This document shows positions 38,151 through 52,800 of a stretch of 64,000 nt of DNA, one piece after another. Every line of letters starts with the position of its first letter. Position 1 is the stretch's first letter. The notes beneath the pieces are model-generated. The model was given only the letters and a program-made list of their open reading frames with translations, searched no databases and was not told the origin of the DNA. This DNA comes from Eledone cirrhosa. Its lineage: Eukaryota. The translations under genes were made by a program, and so were the position numbers. The DNA lies in NCBI GenBank assembly GCA_964016885.1, contig OZ024762.1, positions 30,132,001-30,196,000 of the forward strand. The letters run 5' to 3'.

Positions 38151-41100
38151 TAGCTGTCAGAAGTAACTCCACTGTTGGTGAGAATTCATTTAAGTTCATG
38201 GTACTAGCTGTCAGAAGTAACTCCACTGTTGGTGAGAATTCATTTAAGTTCATGGTACTAGCTGTCAGAAGTAACTCCACTGTTGGTGAGAATTCAGGTA
38301 AGTTCATGGTATTAGTTGTCAGAAGTAACTCAAATGTCGGTGAGAATTCATTTAAATCATGGTATTAGTTGTCAGAAGTAACTCCAACGTTGGTGAGAAT
38401 TCATTTAAGTTCATGGTATTAGCTGTCAGAAGTAACTCCACTGTTGGTGAGAATTCATTTAAGTCATGGTATTAGCTGTCAGAAGTAACTCCATTGTTGG
38501 TGAGAATTCATTTAAGTCATGGTACTAGCTGTCAGAAGTAACTCCATTGTTGGTGAGAATTCATTTAAGTTCATGGTATTAGCTGTCAGAAGGAACTCCA
38601 CTGTTGGTGAGAATTCATTTAAGTTCATGGTATTAGCTGTCAGAAGTAACTCCACTGTTGGTGAGAATTCATTTAAGTTCATGGTACTAGCTGTCAGAAG
38701 TAACTCCACTGTTGGTGAGAATTCATTTAAGTTCATGGTACTAGCTGTCAGAAGGAACTCCACTGTTGGTGAGAATTCATTTAAGTTCATGGTATTAGCT
38801 GTCAGAAGTAACTCCAATGTTGGTGAGAATTCATTTAAGTCATGGTACTAGCTGTCAGAAGTAACTCCACTGTTGGTGAGAATTCATTTAAGTTCATGGT
38901 ATTAGCTGTCAGAAGGAACTCCACTGTTGGTGAGAATTCATTTAAGTTCATGGTATTAGCTGTCAGAAGTGTCTCCACTGTTGGTGAGAATTCATTTAAG
39001 TTCATGGTACTAGCTGTCAGAAGTAACTCCAATGTTGGTGAGAATTCATGTAAGTTCATGGTATTAGCTGTCAGAAGTAACTCCACTGTTGGTGAGAATT
39101 CATTTAAGTTCATGGTATTAGCTGTCAGAAGTAACTCCACTGTTGGTGAGAATTCATTTAAGTTCATAGTACTAGCTGTCAGAAGTAACTCCACTGTTGG
39201 TGAGAATTCATTTAAGTTCATGGTATTAGCTGTCAGAAGTAACTCCACTGTTGGTGAGAATTCATTTAAGTCATGGTATTAGCTATCAGAAGTAACTCCA
39301 TTGTTGGTGAGAATTCATTTAAGTCATGGTACTAGCTGTCAGAAGTAACTCCACTGTTGGTGAGAATTCATTTAAATCATGGTATTAGATGTCAGAAGTA
39401 ACTCCAATGTTGGTGAGAATTCATTTAAGTTCATGGTACTAGCTGTCAGAAGTAACTCCACTGTTGGTGAGAATTCATTTAAGTTCATGGTATTAGTTGT
39501 CAGAAGTAACTCCACTGTTGGTGAGAATTCATTTAAGTTCATGGTATTAGCTGTCAGAAGTACCTCCACTGTTGGTGAGAATTCATTTAAGTCATGGTAT
39601 TAGCTGTCAGAAGTAACTCCAATGTTGGTGAGAATTCATTTAAGTTCATGGTATTAGCTGTCAGAAGTAACTCCACTGTTGGTGAGAATTCATTTAAGTT
39701 CATGGTATTAGCTGTCAGAAGTAACTCCACTGTTGGTGAGAATTCATTTAAGTTCATGGTACTAGCTGTCAGAAGTAACTCCACTGTTGGTGAGAATTCA
39801 TTTAAGTTCATGGTATTAGTTTGTCAGAAGTAACTCCACTGTTGGTGAGAATTCATTTAAGTCATGGTATTAGTTGTCAGAAGTAACTCCAATGTTGGTG
39901 AGAATTCATTTAAGTTCATGGTACTAGCTGTCAGAAGTAACTCCACTGTTGGTGAGAATTCATTTAAGTTCATGGTATTAGCTGTCAGAAGTAACTCCAC
40001 TGTTGGTGAGAATTCATTTAAGTCATGGTATTAGCTGTCAGAAGTAACTCCAATGTTGGTGAGAATTCATTTAAGTCATGGTACTAGCTGTCAGAAGTAA
40101 CTCCAATGTTGGTGAGAATTCATTTAAGTTCATGGTATTAGCTGTCAGAAGGAACTCCACTGTTGGTGAGAATTCATTTAAGTTCATGGTATTAGCTGTC
40201 AGAAGTAACTCCACTGTTGGTGAGAATTCATTTAAGTTCATGGTACTAGCTGTCAGAAGTAACTCCACTGTTGGTGAGAATTCAGTTAAGTTCATGGTAC
40301 TAGCTGTCAGAAGTAACTCCACTGTTGGTGAGAATTCAGTTAAGTTCATGGTATTAGCTGTCAGAAGGATCTCCACTGTTGGTGAGAATTCATTTAAGTT
40401 CATGGTATTAGCTGTCAGAAGTAACTCCACTGTTGGTGAGAATTCATTTAAGTTCATGGTACTAGCTGTCAGAAGTAACTCCACTGTTGGTGAGAATTCA
40501 TTTAAGTTCATGGTACTAGCTGTCAGAAGTAACTCCACTGTTGGTGAGAATTCAGTTAAGTTCATGGTATTAGTTGTCAGAAGTAACTCAAATGTCGGTG
40601 AGAATTCATTTAAATCATGGTATTAGTTGTCAGAAGTAACTCCAACGTTGGTGAGAATTCATTTAAGTTCATGGTATTAGCTGTCAGAAGTAACTCCACT
40701 GTTGGTGAGAATTCATTTAAGTCATGGTATTAGCTGTCAGAAGTAACTCCATTGTTGGTGAGAATTCATTTAAGTCATGGTACTAGCTGTCAGAAGTAAC
40801 TCCATTGTTGGTGAGAATTCATTTAAGTTCATGGTATTAGCTGTCAGAAGGAACTCCACTGTTGGTGAGAATTCATTTAAGTTCATGGTATTAGCTGTCA
40901 GAAGTAACTCCACTGTTGGTGAGAATTCATTTAAGTTCATGGTACTAGCTGTCAGAAGTAACTCCACTGTTGGTGAGAATTCATTTAAGTTCATGGTACT
41001 AGCTGTCAGAAGGAACTCCACTGTTGGTGAGAATTCATTTAAGTTCATGGTATTAGCTGTCAGAAGTAACTCCAATGTTGGTGAGAATTCATTTAAGTCA

Positions 41101-41633
41101 TGGTACTAGCTGTCAGAAGTAACTCCACTGTTGGTGAGAATTCATTTAAGTTCATGGTATTAGCTGTCAGAAGGAACTCCACTGTTGGTGAGAATTCATT
41201 TAAGTTCATGGTATTAGCTGTCAGAAGTGTCTCCACTGTTGGTGAGAATTCATTTAAGTTCATGGTACTAGCTGTCAGAAGTAACTCCAATGTTGGTGAG
41301 AATTCATGTAAGTTCATGGTATTAGCTGTCAGAAGTAACTCCACTGTTGGTGAGAATTCATTTAAGTTCATGGTATTAGCTGTCAGAAGTAACTCCACTG
41401 TTGGTGAGAATTCATTTAAGTTCATAGTACTAGCTGTCAGAAGTAACTCCACTGTTGGTGAGAATTCATTTAAGTTCATGGTATTAGCTGTCAGAAGTAA
41501 CTCCACTGTTGGTGAGAATTCATTTAAGTCATGGTATTAGCTATCAGAAGTAACTCCATTGTTGGTGAGAATTCATTTAAGTCATGGTACTAGCTGTCAG
41601 AAGTAACTCCACTGTTGGTGAGAATTCATTTAA
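37079..41633. repeat. 2258-bp (42-monomer) tandem duplication
   Basis: ORF offsets 37114/39372, 37329/39587, 37813/40071, 38512/40770 and 38835/41093. Shared TTAGATG and TTCATAGTAC variants. Confidence 0.9.
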
Positions 41634-44600
41634 GTTCATGGTACTAGCTGTCAGAAGTAACTCCACTGTTGGTGAGAATTCATTTAAGTTCATGGTACTA
41701 GCTGTCAGAAGTAACTCCACTGTTGGTGAGAATTCATTTAAGTTCATGGTACTAGCTGTCAGAAGTAACTCAAATGTTGGTGAGAATTCATTTAAGTTCA
41801 TGGTATTAGCTGTCAGAAGTAACTCAAATGTTGGTGAGAATTCATTTAAGTTCACGGTATTAGCTGTCAGAAGTAACTCCACTGTTGGTGAGAATTCATT
41901 TAAGTTCATGGTACTAGCTGTCAGAAGTAACTCCACTGTTGGTGAGAATTCATTTAAGTTCATGGTATTAGCTGTCAGAAGTAACTCCACTGTTGGTGAG
42001 AATTCATTTAAGTTCATGGTACTAGCTGTCAGAAGTAACCCCAATGTTGGTGACAATTCATTTAAGTTCATGGTATTAGCTGTCAGAAGTCACTCCAATG
42101 TTGGTGAGAATTCATTTAAGTTCATGGTATTAGCTGTCAGAAGTCACTCCACTGTTCGTGAGAATTCATTTAAGTTCATGGTACTAGCTGTCAGAAGTAA
42201 CCCCAATGTTGGTGAGAATTCAATTAAGTTCATGGTATTAGCTGTCAGAAGTCACTCCAATGTTGGTGAGAATTCATTTAAGTTCATGGTATTAGCTGTC
42301 AGAAGTAACTCCACTGTTGGTGAGAATTCATTTAAGTTCATGGTATTAGCTGTCAGAAGTAACTCCACTGTTGGTGAGAATTCATTTAAGTTCATGGTAT
42401 TAGCTGTCAGAAGTATCTCCACTGTTGGTGAGAATTCATTTAAGTTCATGGTATTAGCTGTCAGAAGTAACTCCACTGTTGGTGAGAATTCATTTAAGTT
42501 CATGGTATTAGCTGTCAGAAGGAACTCCAATGTTGGTGAGAATTCATTTAAGTTCATGGTATTAGCTGTCAGAAGGAACGCCACTGTTGGTGAGAATTCA
42601 TTTAAGTCATGGTATTAGCTGTCAGAAGTAACTCCATTGTTGGTGAGAATTCATTTAAGTCATGGTACTAGCTGTCAGAAGTAACTCCACTGTTGGTGAG
42701 AATTCATTTAAGTTCATGGTATTAGCTGTCAGAAGGAACTCCACTGTTGGTGAGAATTCATTTAAGTCATGGTACTAGCTGTCAGAAGTAACTCCAATGT
42801 TGGTGAGAATTCATTTAAGTTCATGGTATTAGCTGTCAGAAGGAACTCCACTGTTGGTGAGAATTCATTTAAGTTCATGGTATTAGCTGTCAGAAGTAAC
42901 TCCACTGTTGGTGAGAATTCATTTAAGTCATGGTATTAGCTGTCAGAAGTAACTCCACTGTTGGTGAGAATTCATTTAAGTCATGTTACTAGCTGTCAGA
43001 AGTAACTCCAATGTTGGTGAGAATTCATTTAAGTTCATGGTATTAGCTGTCAGAAGGAACTCCACTGTTGGTGAGAATTCATTTAAGTTCATGGTATTAG
43101 CTGTCAGAAGTAACTCCACTGTTGGTGAGAATTCATTTAAGTTCATGGTACTAGCTGTCAGAAGTAACTCAACTGTTGGTGAGAATTCAGTTAAGTTCAT
43201 GGTACTAGCTGTCAGAAGTAACTCCACTGTTGGTGAGAATTCAGTTAAGTTCATGGTATTAGCTGTCAGAAGGAACTCCACTGTTGGTGAGAATTCATTT
43301 AAGTTCATGGTATTAGCTGTCAGAAGTAACTCCACTGTTGGTGAGAATTCATTTAAGTTCATGGTACTAGCTGTCAGAAGTAACTCCACTGTTGGTGAGA
43401 ATTCATTTAAGTTCATGGTACTAGCTGTCAGAAGTAACTCCACTGTTGGTGAGAATTCAGTTAAGTTCATGGTATTAGTTGTCAGAAGTAACTCAAATGT
43501 CGGTGAGAATTCATTTAAATCATGGTATTAGTTGTCAGAAGTAACTCCAACGTTGGTGAGAATTCATTTAAGTTCATGGTATTAGCTGTCAGAAGTAACT
43601 CCACTGTTGGTGAGAATTCATTTAAGTCATGGTATTAGCTGTCAGAAGTAACTCCATTGTTGGTGAGAATTCATTTAAGTCATGGTACTAGCTGTCAGAA
43701 GTAACTCCATTGTTGGTGAGAATTCATTTAAGTTCATGGTATTAGCTGTCAGAAGGAACTCCACTGTTGGTGAGAATTCATTTAAGTTCATGGTATTAGC
43801 TGTCAGAAGTAACTCCACTGTTGGTGAGAATTCATTTAAGTTCATGGTACTAGCTGTCAGAAGTAACTCCACTGTTGGTGAGAATTCATTTAAGTTCATG
43901 GTACTAGCTGTCAGAAGGAACTCCACTGTTGGTGAGAATTCATTTAAGTTCATGGTATTAGCTGTCAGAAGTAACTCCAATGTTGGTGAGAATTCATTTA
44001 AGTCATGGTACTAGCTGTCAGAAGTAACTCCACTGTTGGTGAGAATTCATTTAAGTTCATGGTATTAGCTGTCAGAAGGAACTCCACTGTTGGTGAGAAT
44101 TCATTTAAGTTCATGGTATTAGCTGTCAGAAGTGTCTCCACTGTTGGTGAGAATTCATTTAAGTTCATGGTACTAGCTGTCAGAAGTAACTCCAATGTTG
44201 GTGAGAATTCATGTAAGTTCATGGTATTAGCTGTCAGAAGTAACTCCACTGTTGGTGAGAATTCATTTAAGTTCATGGTACTAGCTGTCAGAAGTAACTC
44301 CACTGTTGGTGAGAATTCATTTAAGTTCATGGTACTAGCTGTCAGAAGTAACTCCACTGTTGGTGAGAATTCAGTTAAGTTCATGGTACTAGCTGTCAGA
44401 AGTAACTCCACTGTTGGTGAGAATTCAGTTAAGTTCATGGTATTAGCTGTCAGAAGGAACTCCACTGTTGGTGAGAATTCATTTAAGTTCATGGTATTAG
44501 CTGTCAGAAGTAACTCCACTGTTGGTGAGAATTCATTTAAGTTCATGGTACTAGCTGTCAGAAGTAACTCCACTGTTGGTGAGAATTCATTTAAGTTCAT

Positions 44601-46820
44601 GGTACTAGCTGTCAGAAGTAACTCCACTGTTGGTGAGAATTCAGTTAAGTTCATGGTATTAGTTGTCAGAAGTAACTCAAATGTCGGTGAGAATTCATTT
44701 AAATCATGGTATTAGTTGTCAGAAGTAACTCCAACGTTGGTGAGAATTCATTTAAGTTCATGGTATTAGCTGTCAGAAGTAACTCCACTGTTGGTGAGAA
44801 TTCATTTAAGTCATGGTATTAGCTGTCAGAAGTAACTCCATTGTTGGTGAGAATTCATTTAAGTCATGGTACTAGCTGTCAGAAGTAACTCCATTGTTGG
44901 TGAGAATTCATTTAAGTTCATGGTATTAGCTGTCAGAAGGAACTCCACTGTTGGTGAGAATTCATTTAAGTTCATGGTATTAGCTGTCAGAAGTAACTCC
45001 ACTGTTGGTGAGAATTCATTTAAGTTCATGGTACTAGCTGTCAGAAGTAACTCCACTGTTGGTGAGAATTCATTTAAGTTCATGGTACTAGCTGTCAGAA
45101 GGAACTCCACTGTTGGTGAGAATTCATTTAAGTTCATGGTATTAGCTGTCAGAAGTAACTCCAATGTTGGTGAGAATTCATTTAAGTCATGGTACTAGCT
45201 GTCAGAAGTAACTCCACTGTTGGTGAGAATTCATTTAAGTTCATGGTATTAGCTGTCAGAAGGAACTCCACTGTTGGTGAGAATTCATTTAAGTTCATGG
45301 TATTAGCTGTCAGAAGTGTCTCCACTGTTGGTGAGAATTCATTTAAGTTCATGGTACTAGCTGTCAGAAGTAACTCCAATGTTGGTGAGAATTCATGTAA
45401 GTTCATGGTATTAGCTGTCAGAAGTAACTCCACTGTTGGTGAGAATTCATTTAAGTTCATGGTATTAGCTGTCAGAAGTAACTCCACTGTTGGTGAGAAT
45501 TCATTTAAGTTCATAGTACTAGCTGTCAGAAGTAACTCCACTGTTGGTGAGAATTCATTTAAGTTCATGGTATTAGCTGTCAGAAGTAACTCCACTGTTG
45601 GTGAGAATTCATTTAAGTCATGGTATTAGCTATCAGAAGTAACTCCATTGTTGGTGAGAATTCATTTAAGTCATGGTACTAGCTGTCAGAAGTAACTCCA
45701 CTGTTGGTGAGAATTCATTTAAGTTCATGGTACTAGCTGTCAGAAGTAACTCCACTGTTGGTGAGAATTCATTTAAGTTCATGGTACTAGCTGTCAGAAG
45801 TAACTCCACTGTTGGTGAGAATTCATTTAAGTTCATGGTACTAGCTGTCAGAAGTAACTCAAATGTTGGTGAGAATTCATTTAAGTTCATGGTATTAGCT
45901 GTCAGAAGTAACTCAAATGTTGGTGAGAATTCATTTAAGTTCATGGTATTAGCTGTCAGAAGTAACTCCACTGTTGGTGAGAATTCATTTAAGTTCATGG
46001 TACTAGCTGTCAGAAGTAACTCCACTGTTGGTGAGAATTCATTTAAGTTCATGGTATTAGCTGTCAGAAGTAACTCCACTGTTGGTGAGAATTCATTTAA
46101 GTTCATGGTACTAGCTGTCAGAAGTAACCCCAATGTTGGTGACAATTCATTTAAGTTCATGGTATTAGCTGTCAGAAGTCACTCCAATGTTGGTGAGAAT
46201 TCATTTAAGTTCATGGTATTAGCTGTCAGAAGTCACTCCACTGTTCGTGAGAATTCATTTAAGTTCATGGTACTAGCTGTCAGAAGTAACCCCAATGTTG
46301 GTGAGAATTCAATTAAGTTCATGGTATTAGCTGTCAGAAGTCACTCCAATGTTGGTGAGAATTCATTTGAGTTCATGGTATTAGCTGTCAGAAGTAACTC
46401 CACTGTTGGTGAGAATTCATTTAAGTTCATGGTATTAGCTGTCAGAAGTAACTCCACTGTTGGTGAGAATTCATTTAAGTTCATGGTATTAGCTGTCAGA
46501 AGTATCTCCACTGTTGGTGAGAATTCATTTAAGTTCATGGTATTAGCTGTCAGAAGTAACTCCACTGTTGGTGAGAATTCATTTAAGTTCATGGTATTAG
46601 CTGTCAGAAGGAACTCCAATGTTGGTGAGAATTCATTTAAGTTCATGGTATTAGCTGTCAGAAGGAACGCCACTGTTGGTGAGAATTCATTTAAGTCATG
46701 GTATTAGCTGTCAGAAGTAACTCCATTGTTGGTGAGAATTCATTTAAGTCATGGTACTAGCTGTCAGAAGTAACTCCACTGTTGGTGAGAATTCATTTAA
46801 GTTCATGGTATTAGCTGTCA
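40250..46820. repeat. Segment repeated at 4089-bp (76-monomer) offset, decomposable into 2905 + 1184 bp sub-offsets
   Basis: ORF pairs 40770/44859, 41093/45182 and 41584/45673 (shared GTTCGTG, TCAATTAAG, AGTATCTCC). Also 40770/43675 (2905) and 43675/44859 (1184). Confidence 0.85.
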
Positions 46821-49800
46821 GAAGTAACTCCACTGTTGGTGAGAATTCATTTAAGTCATGGTATTAGCTGTCAGAAGTAACTCCACTGTTGGTGAGAATT
46901 CATTTAAGTCATGGTACTAGCTGTCAGAAGTAACTCCAATGTTGGTGAGAATTCATTTAAGTTCATGGTATTAGCTGTCAGAAGGAACTCCACTGTTGGT
47001 GAGAATTCATTTAAGTTCATGGTATTAGCTGTCAGAAGTAACTCCACTGTTGGTGAGAATTCATTTAAGTTCATGGTACTAGCTGTCAGAAGTAACTCCA
47101 CTGTTGGTGAGAATTCAGTTAAGTTCATGGTACTAGCTGTCAGAAGTAACTCCACTGTTGGTGAGAATTCAGTTAAGTTCATGGTATTAGCTGTCAGAAG
47201 GAACTCCACTGTTGGTGAGAATTCATTTAAGTTCATGGTATTAGCTGTCAGAAGTAACTCCACTGTTGGTGAGAATTCATTTAAGTTCATGGTACTAGCT
47301 GTCAGAAGGAACTCCACTGTTGGTGAGAATTCATTTAAGTTCATGGTATTAGCTGTCAGAAGTGTCTCCACTGTTGGTGAGAATTCATTTAAGTTCATGG
47401 TACTAGCTGTCAGAAGTAACTCCAATGTTGGTGAGAATTCATGTAAGTTCATGGTATTAGCTGTCAGAAGTAACTCCACTGTTGGTGAGAATTCATTTAA
47501 GTTCATGGTATTAGCTGTCAGAAGTAACTCCACTGTTGGTGAGAATTCATTTAAGTTCATGGTACTAGCTGTCAGAAGTAACTCCACTGTTGGTGAGAAT
47601 TCATTTAAGTTCATGGTATTAGCTGTCAGAAGTAACTCCACTGTTGGTGAGAATTCATTTAAGTCATGGTATTAGCTATCAGAAGTAACTCCATTGTTGG
47701 TGAGAATTCATTTAAGTCATGGTACTAGCTGTCAGAAGTAACTCCACTGTTGGTGAGAATTCATTTAAGTTCATGGTACTAGCTGTCAGAAGTAACTCCA
47801 CTGTTGGTGAGAATTCATTTAAGTTCATGGTACTAGCTGTCAGAAGTAACTCCACTGTTGGTGAGAATTCATTTAAGTTCATGGTACTAGCTGTCAGAAG
47901 TAACTCCACTGTTGGTGAGAATTCATTTAAGTTCATGGTACTAGCTGTCAGAAGTAACTCAAATGTTGGTGAGAATTCATTTAAGTTCATGGTATTAGCT
48001 GTCAGAAGTAACTCCACTGTTGGTGAGAATTCATTTAAGTTCATGGTACTAGCTGTCAGAAGTAACTCCACTGTTGGTGAGAATTCATTTAAGTTCATGG
48101 TATTAGCTGTCAGAAGTAACTCCACTGTTGGTGAGAATTCATTTAAGTTCATGGTACTAGCTGTCAGAAGTAACCCCAATGTTGGTGACAATTCATTTAA
48201 GTTCATGGTATTAGCTGTCAGAAGTCACTCCAATGTTGGTGAGAATTCATTTAAGTTCATGGTACTAGCTGTCAGAAGTAACCCCAATGTTGGTGAGAAT
48301 TCATTTAAGTTCATGGTATTAGCTGTCAGAAGTCACTCCACTGTTGGTGAGAATTCATTTAAGTTCATGGTACTAGCTGTCAGAAGTAACCCCAATGTTG
48401 GTGAGAATTCATTTAAGTTCATGGTATTAGCTGTCAGAAGTCACTCCAATGTTGGTGAGAATTCATTTAAGTTCATGGTATTAGCTGTCAGAAGTAACTC
48501 CACTGTTGGTGAGAATTCATTTAAGTTCATGGTATTAGCTGTCAGAAGTAACTCCACTGTTGGTGAGAATTCATTTAAGTTCATGGTATTAGCTGTCAGA
48601 AGTAACTCCACTGTTGGTGAGAATTCATTTAAGTTCATGGTATTAGCTGTCAGAAGTAACTCCACTGTTGGTGAGAATTCATTTAAGTTCATGGTATTAG
48701 CTTTCAGAAGGAACGCCACTGTTGGTGAGAATTCATTTAAGTTCATGGTATTAGCTGTCAGAAGTAACTCCATTGTTGGTGAGAATTCATTTAAGTCATG
48801 GTACTAGCTGTCAGAAGTAACTCCACTGTTGGTGAGAATTCATTTAAGTTCATGGTATTAGCTGTCAGAAGGAACTCCACTGTTGGTGAGAATTCATTTA
48901 AGTTCATGGTATTAGCTGTCAGAAGTAACTCCACTGTTGGTGAGAATTCATTTAAGTCATGGTATTAGCTGTCAGAAGTAACTCCACTGTTGGTGAGAAT
49001 TCATTTAAGTTCATGGTATTAGCTGTCAGAAGGAACTCCAATGTTGGTGAGAATTCATTTAAGTTCATGGTATTAGCTGTCAGAAGGAACGCCACTGTTG
49101 GTGAGAATTCATTTAAGTCATGGTATTAGCTGTCAGAAGTAACTCCATTGTTGGTGAGAATTCATTTAAGTCATGGTACTAGCTGTCAGAAGTAACTCCA
49201 CTGTTGGTGAGAATTCATTTAAGTTCATGGTATTAGCTGTCAGAAGGAACTCCACTGTTGGTGAGAATTCATTTAAGTCATGGTACTAGCTGTCAGAAGT
49301 AACTCCAATGTTGGTGAGAATTCATTTAAGTTCATGGTATTAGCTGTCAGAAGGAACTCCACTGTTGGTGAGAATTCATTTAAGTTCATGGTATTAGCTG
49401 TCAGAAGTAACTCCACTGTTGGTGAGAATTCATTTAAGTCATGGTATTAGCTGTCAGAAGTAACTCCACTGTTGGTGAGAATTCATTTAAGTCATGTTAC
49501 TAGCTGTCAGAAGTAACTCCAATGTTGGTGAGAATTCATTTAAGTTCATGGTATTAGCTGTCAGAAGGAACTCCACTGTTGGTGAGAATTCATTTAAGTT
49601 CATGGTATTAGCTGTCAGAAGTAACTCCACTGTTGGTGAGAATTCATTTAAGTTCATGGTACTAGCTGTCAGAAGTAACTCAACTGTTGGTGAGAATTCA
49701 GTTAAGTTCATGGTACTAGCTGTCAGAAGTAACTCCACTGTTGGTGAGAATTCAGTTAAGTTCATGGTATTAGCTGTCAGAAGGAACTCCACTGTTGGTG

Positions 49801-52800
49801 AGAATTCATTTAAGTTCATGGTATTAGCTGTCAGAAGTAACTCCACTGTTGGTGAGAATTCATTTAAGTTCATGGTACTAGCTGTCAGAAGTAACTCCAC
49901 TGTTGGTGAGAATTCATTTAAGTTCATGGTACTAGCTGTCAGAAGTAACTCCACTGTTGGTGAGAATTCAGTTAAGTTCATGGTATTAGTTGTCAGAAGT
50001 AACTCAAATGTCGGTGAGAATTCATTTAAATCATGGTATTAGTTGTCAGAAGTAACTCCAACGTTGGTGAGAATTCATTTAAGTTCATGGTATTAGCTGT
50101 CAGAAGTAACTCCACTGTTGGTGAGAATTCATTTAAGTCATGGTATTAGCTGTCAGAAGTAACTCCATTGTTGGTGAGAATTCATTTAAGTCATGGTACT
50201 AGCTGTCAGAAGTAACTCCATTGTTGGTGAGAATTCATTTAAGTTCATGGTATTAGCTGTCAGAAGGAACTCCACTGTTGGTGAGAATTCATTTAAGTTC
50301 ATGGTATTAGCTGTCAGAAGTAACTCCACTGTTGGTGAGAATTCATTTAAGTTCATGGTACTAGCTGTCAGAAGTAACTCCACTGTTGGTGAGAATTCAT
50401 TTAAGTTCATGGTACTAGCTGTCAGAAGGAACTCCACTGTTGGTGAGAATTCATTTAAGTTCATGGTATTAGCTGTCAGAAGTAACTCCAATGTTGGTGA
50501 GAATTCATTTAAGTCATGGTACTAGCTGTCAGAAGTAACTCCACTGTTGGTGAGAATTCATTTAAGTTCATGGTATTAGCTGTCAGAAGGAACTCCACTG
50601 TTGGTGAGAATTCATTTAAGTTCATGGTATTAGCTGTCAGAAGTGTCTCCACTGTTGGTGAGAATTCATTTAAGTTCATGGTACTAGCTGTCAGAAGTAA
50701 CTCCAATGTTGGTGAGAATTCATGTAAGTTCATGGTATTAGCTGTCAGAAGTAACTCCACTGTTGGTGAGAATTCATTTAAGTTCATGGTACTAGCTGTC
50801 AGAAGTAACTCCACTGTTGGTGAGAATTCATTTAAGTTCATGGTACTAGCTGTCAGAAGTAACTCCACTGTTGGTGAGAATTCAGTTAAGTTCATGGTAC
50901 TAGCTGTCAGAAGTAACTCCACTGTTGGTGAGAATTCAGTTAAGTTCATGGTATTAGCTGTCAGAAGGAACTCCACTGTTGGTGAGAATTCATTTAAGTT
51001 CATGGTATTAGCTGTCAGAAGTAACTCCACTGTTGGTGAGAATTCATTTAAGTTCATGGTACTAGCTGTCAGAAGTAACTCCACTGTTGGTGAGAATTCA
51101 TTTAAGTTCATGGTACTAGCTGTCAGAAGTAACTCCACTGTTGGTGAGAATTCAGTTAAGTTCATGGTATTAGTTGTCAGAAGTAACTCAAATGTCGGTG
51201 AGAATTCATTTAAATCATGGTATTAGTTGTCAGAAGTAACTCCAACGTTGGTGAGAATTCATTTAAGTTCATGGTATTAGCTGTCAGAAGTAACTCCACT
51301 GTTGGTGAGAATTCATTTAAGTCATGGTATTAGCTGTCAGAAGTAACTCCATTGTTGGTGAGAATTCATTTAAGTCATGGTACTAGCTGTCAGAAGTAAC
51401 TCCATTGTTGGTGAGAATTCATTTAAGTTCATGGTATTAGCTGTCAGAAGGAACTCCACTGTTGGTGAGAATTCATTTAAGTTCATGGTATTAGCTGTCA
51501 GAAGTAACTCCACTGTTGGTGAGAATTCATTTAAGTTCATGGTACTAGCTGTCAGAAGTAACTCCACTGTTGGTGAGAATTCATTTAAGTTCATGGTACT
51601 AGCTGTCAGAAGGAACTCCACTGTTGGTGAGAATTCATTTAAGTTCATGGTATTAGCTGTCAGAAGTAACTCCAATGTTGGTGAGAATTCATTTAAGTCA
51701 TGGTACTAGCTGTCAGAAGTAACTCCACTGTTGGTGAGAATTCATTTAAGTTCATGGTATTAGCTGTCAGAAGGAACTCCACTGTTGGTGAGAATTCATT
51801 TAAGTTCATGGTATTAGCTGTCAGAAGTGTCTCCACTGTTGGTGAGAATTCATTTAAGTTCATGGTACTAGCTGTCAGAAGTAACTCCAATGTTGGTGAG
51901 AATTCATGTAAGTTCATGGTATTAGCTGTCAGAAGTAACTCCACTGTTGGTGAGAATTCATTTAAGTTCATGGTATTAGCTGTCAGAAGTAACTCCACTG
52001 TTGGTGAGAATTCATTTAAGTTCATAGTACTAGCTGTCAGAAGTAACTCCACTGTTGGTGAGAATTCATTTAAGTTCATGGTATTAGCTGTCAGAAGTAA
52101 CTCCACTGTTGGTGAGAATTCATTTAAGTCATGGTATTAGCTATCAGAAGTAACTCCATTGTTGGTGAGAATTCATTTAAGTCATGGTACTAGCTGTCAG
52201 AAGTAACTCCACTGTTGGTGAGAATTCATTTAAGTTCATGGTACTAGCTGTCAGAAGTAACTCCACTGTTGGTGAGAATTCATTTAAGTTCATGGTACTA
52301 GCTGTCAGAAGTAACTCCACTGTTGGTGAGAATTCATTTAAGTTCATGGTACTAGCTGTCAGAAGTAACTCAAATGTTGGTGAGAATTCATTTAAGTTCA
52401 TGGTATTAGCTGTCAGAAGTAACTCAAATGTTGGTGAGAATTCATTTAAGTTCATGGTATTAGCTGTCAGAAGTAACTCCACTGTTGGTGAGAATTCATT
52501 TAAGTTCATGGTACTAGCTGTCAGAAGTAACTCCACTGTTGGTGAGAATTCATTTAAGTTCATGGTATTAGCTGTCAGAAGTAACTCCACTGTTGGTGAG
52601 AATTCATTTAAGTTCATGGTACTAGCTGTCAGAAGTAACCCCAATGTTGGTGACAATTCATTTAAGTTCATGGTATTAGCTGTCAGAAGTCACTCCAATG
52701 TTGGTGAGAATTCATTTAAGTTCATGGTATTAGCTGTCAGAAGTCACTCCACTGTTCGTGAGAATTCATTTAAGTTCATGGTACTAGCTGTCAGAAGTAA

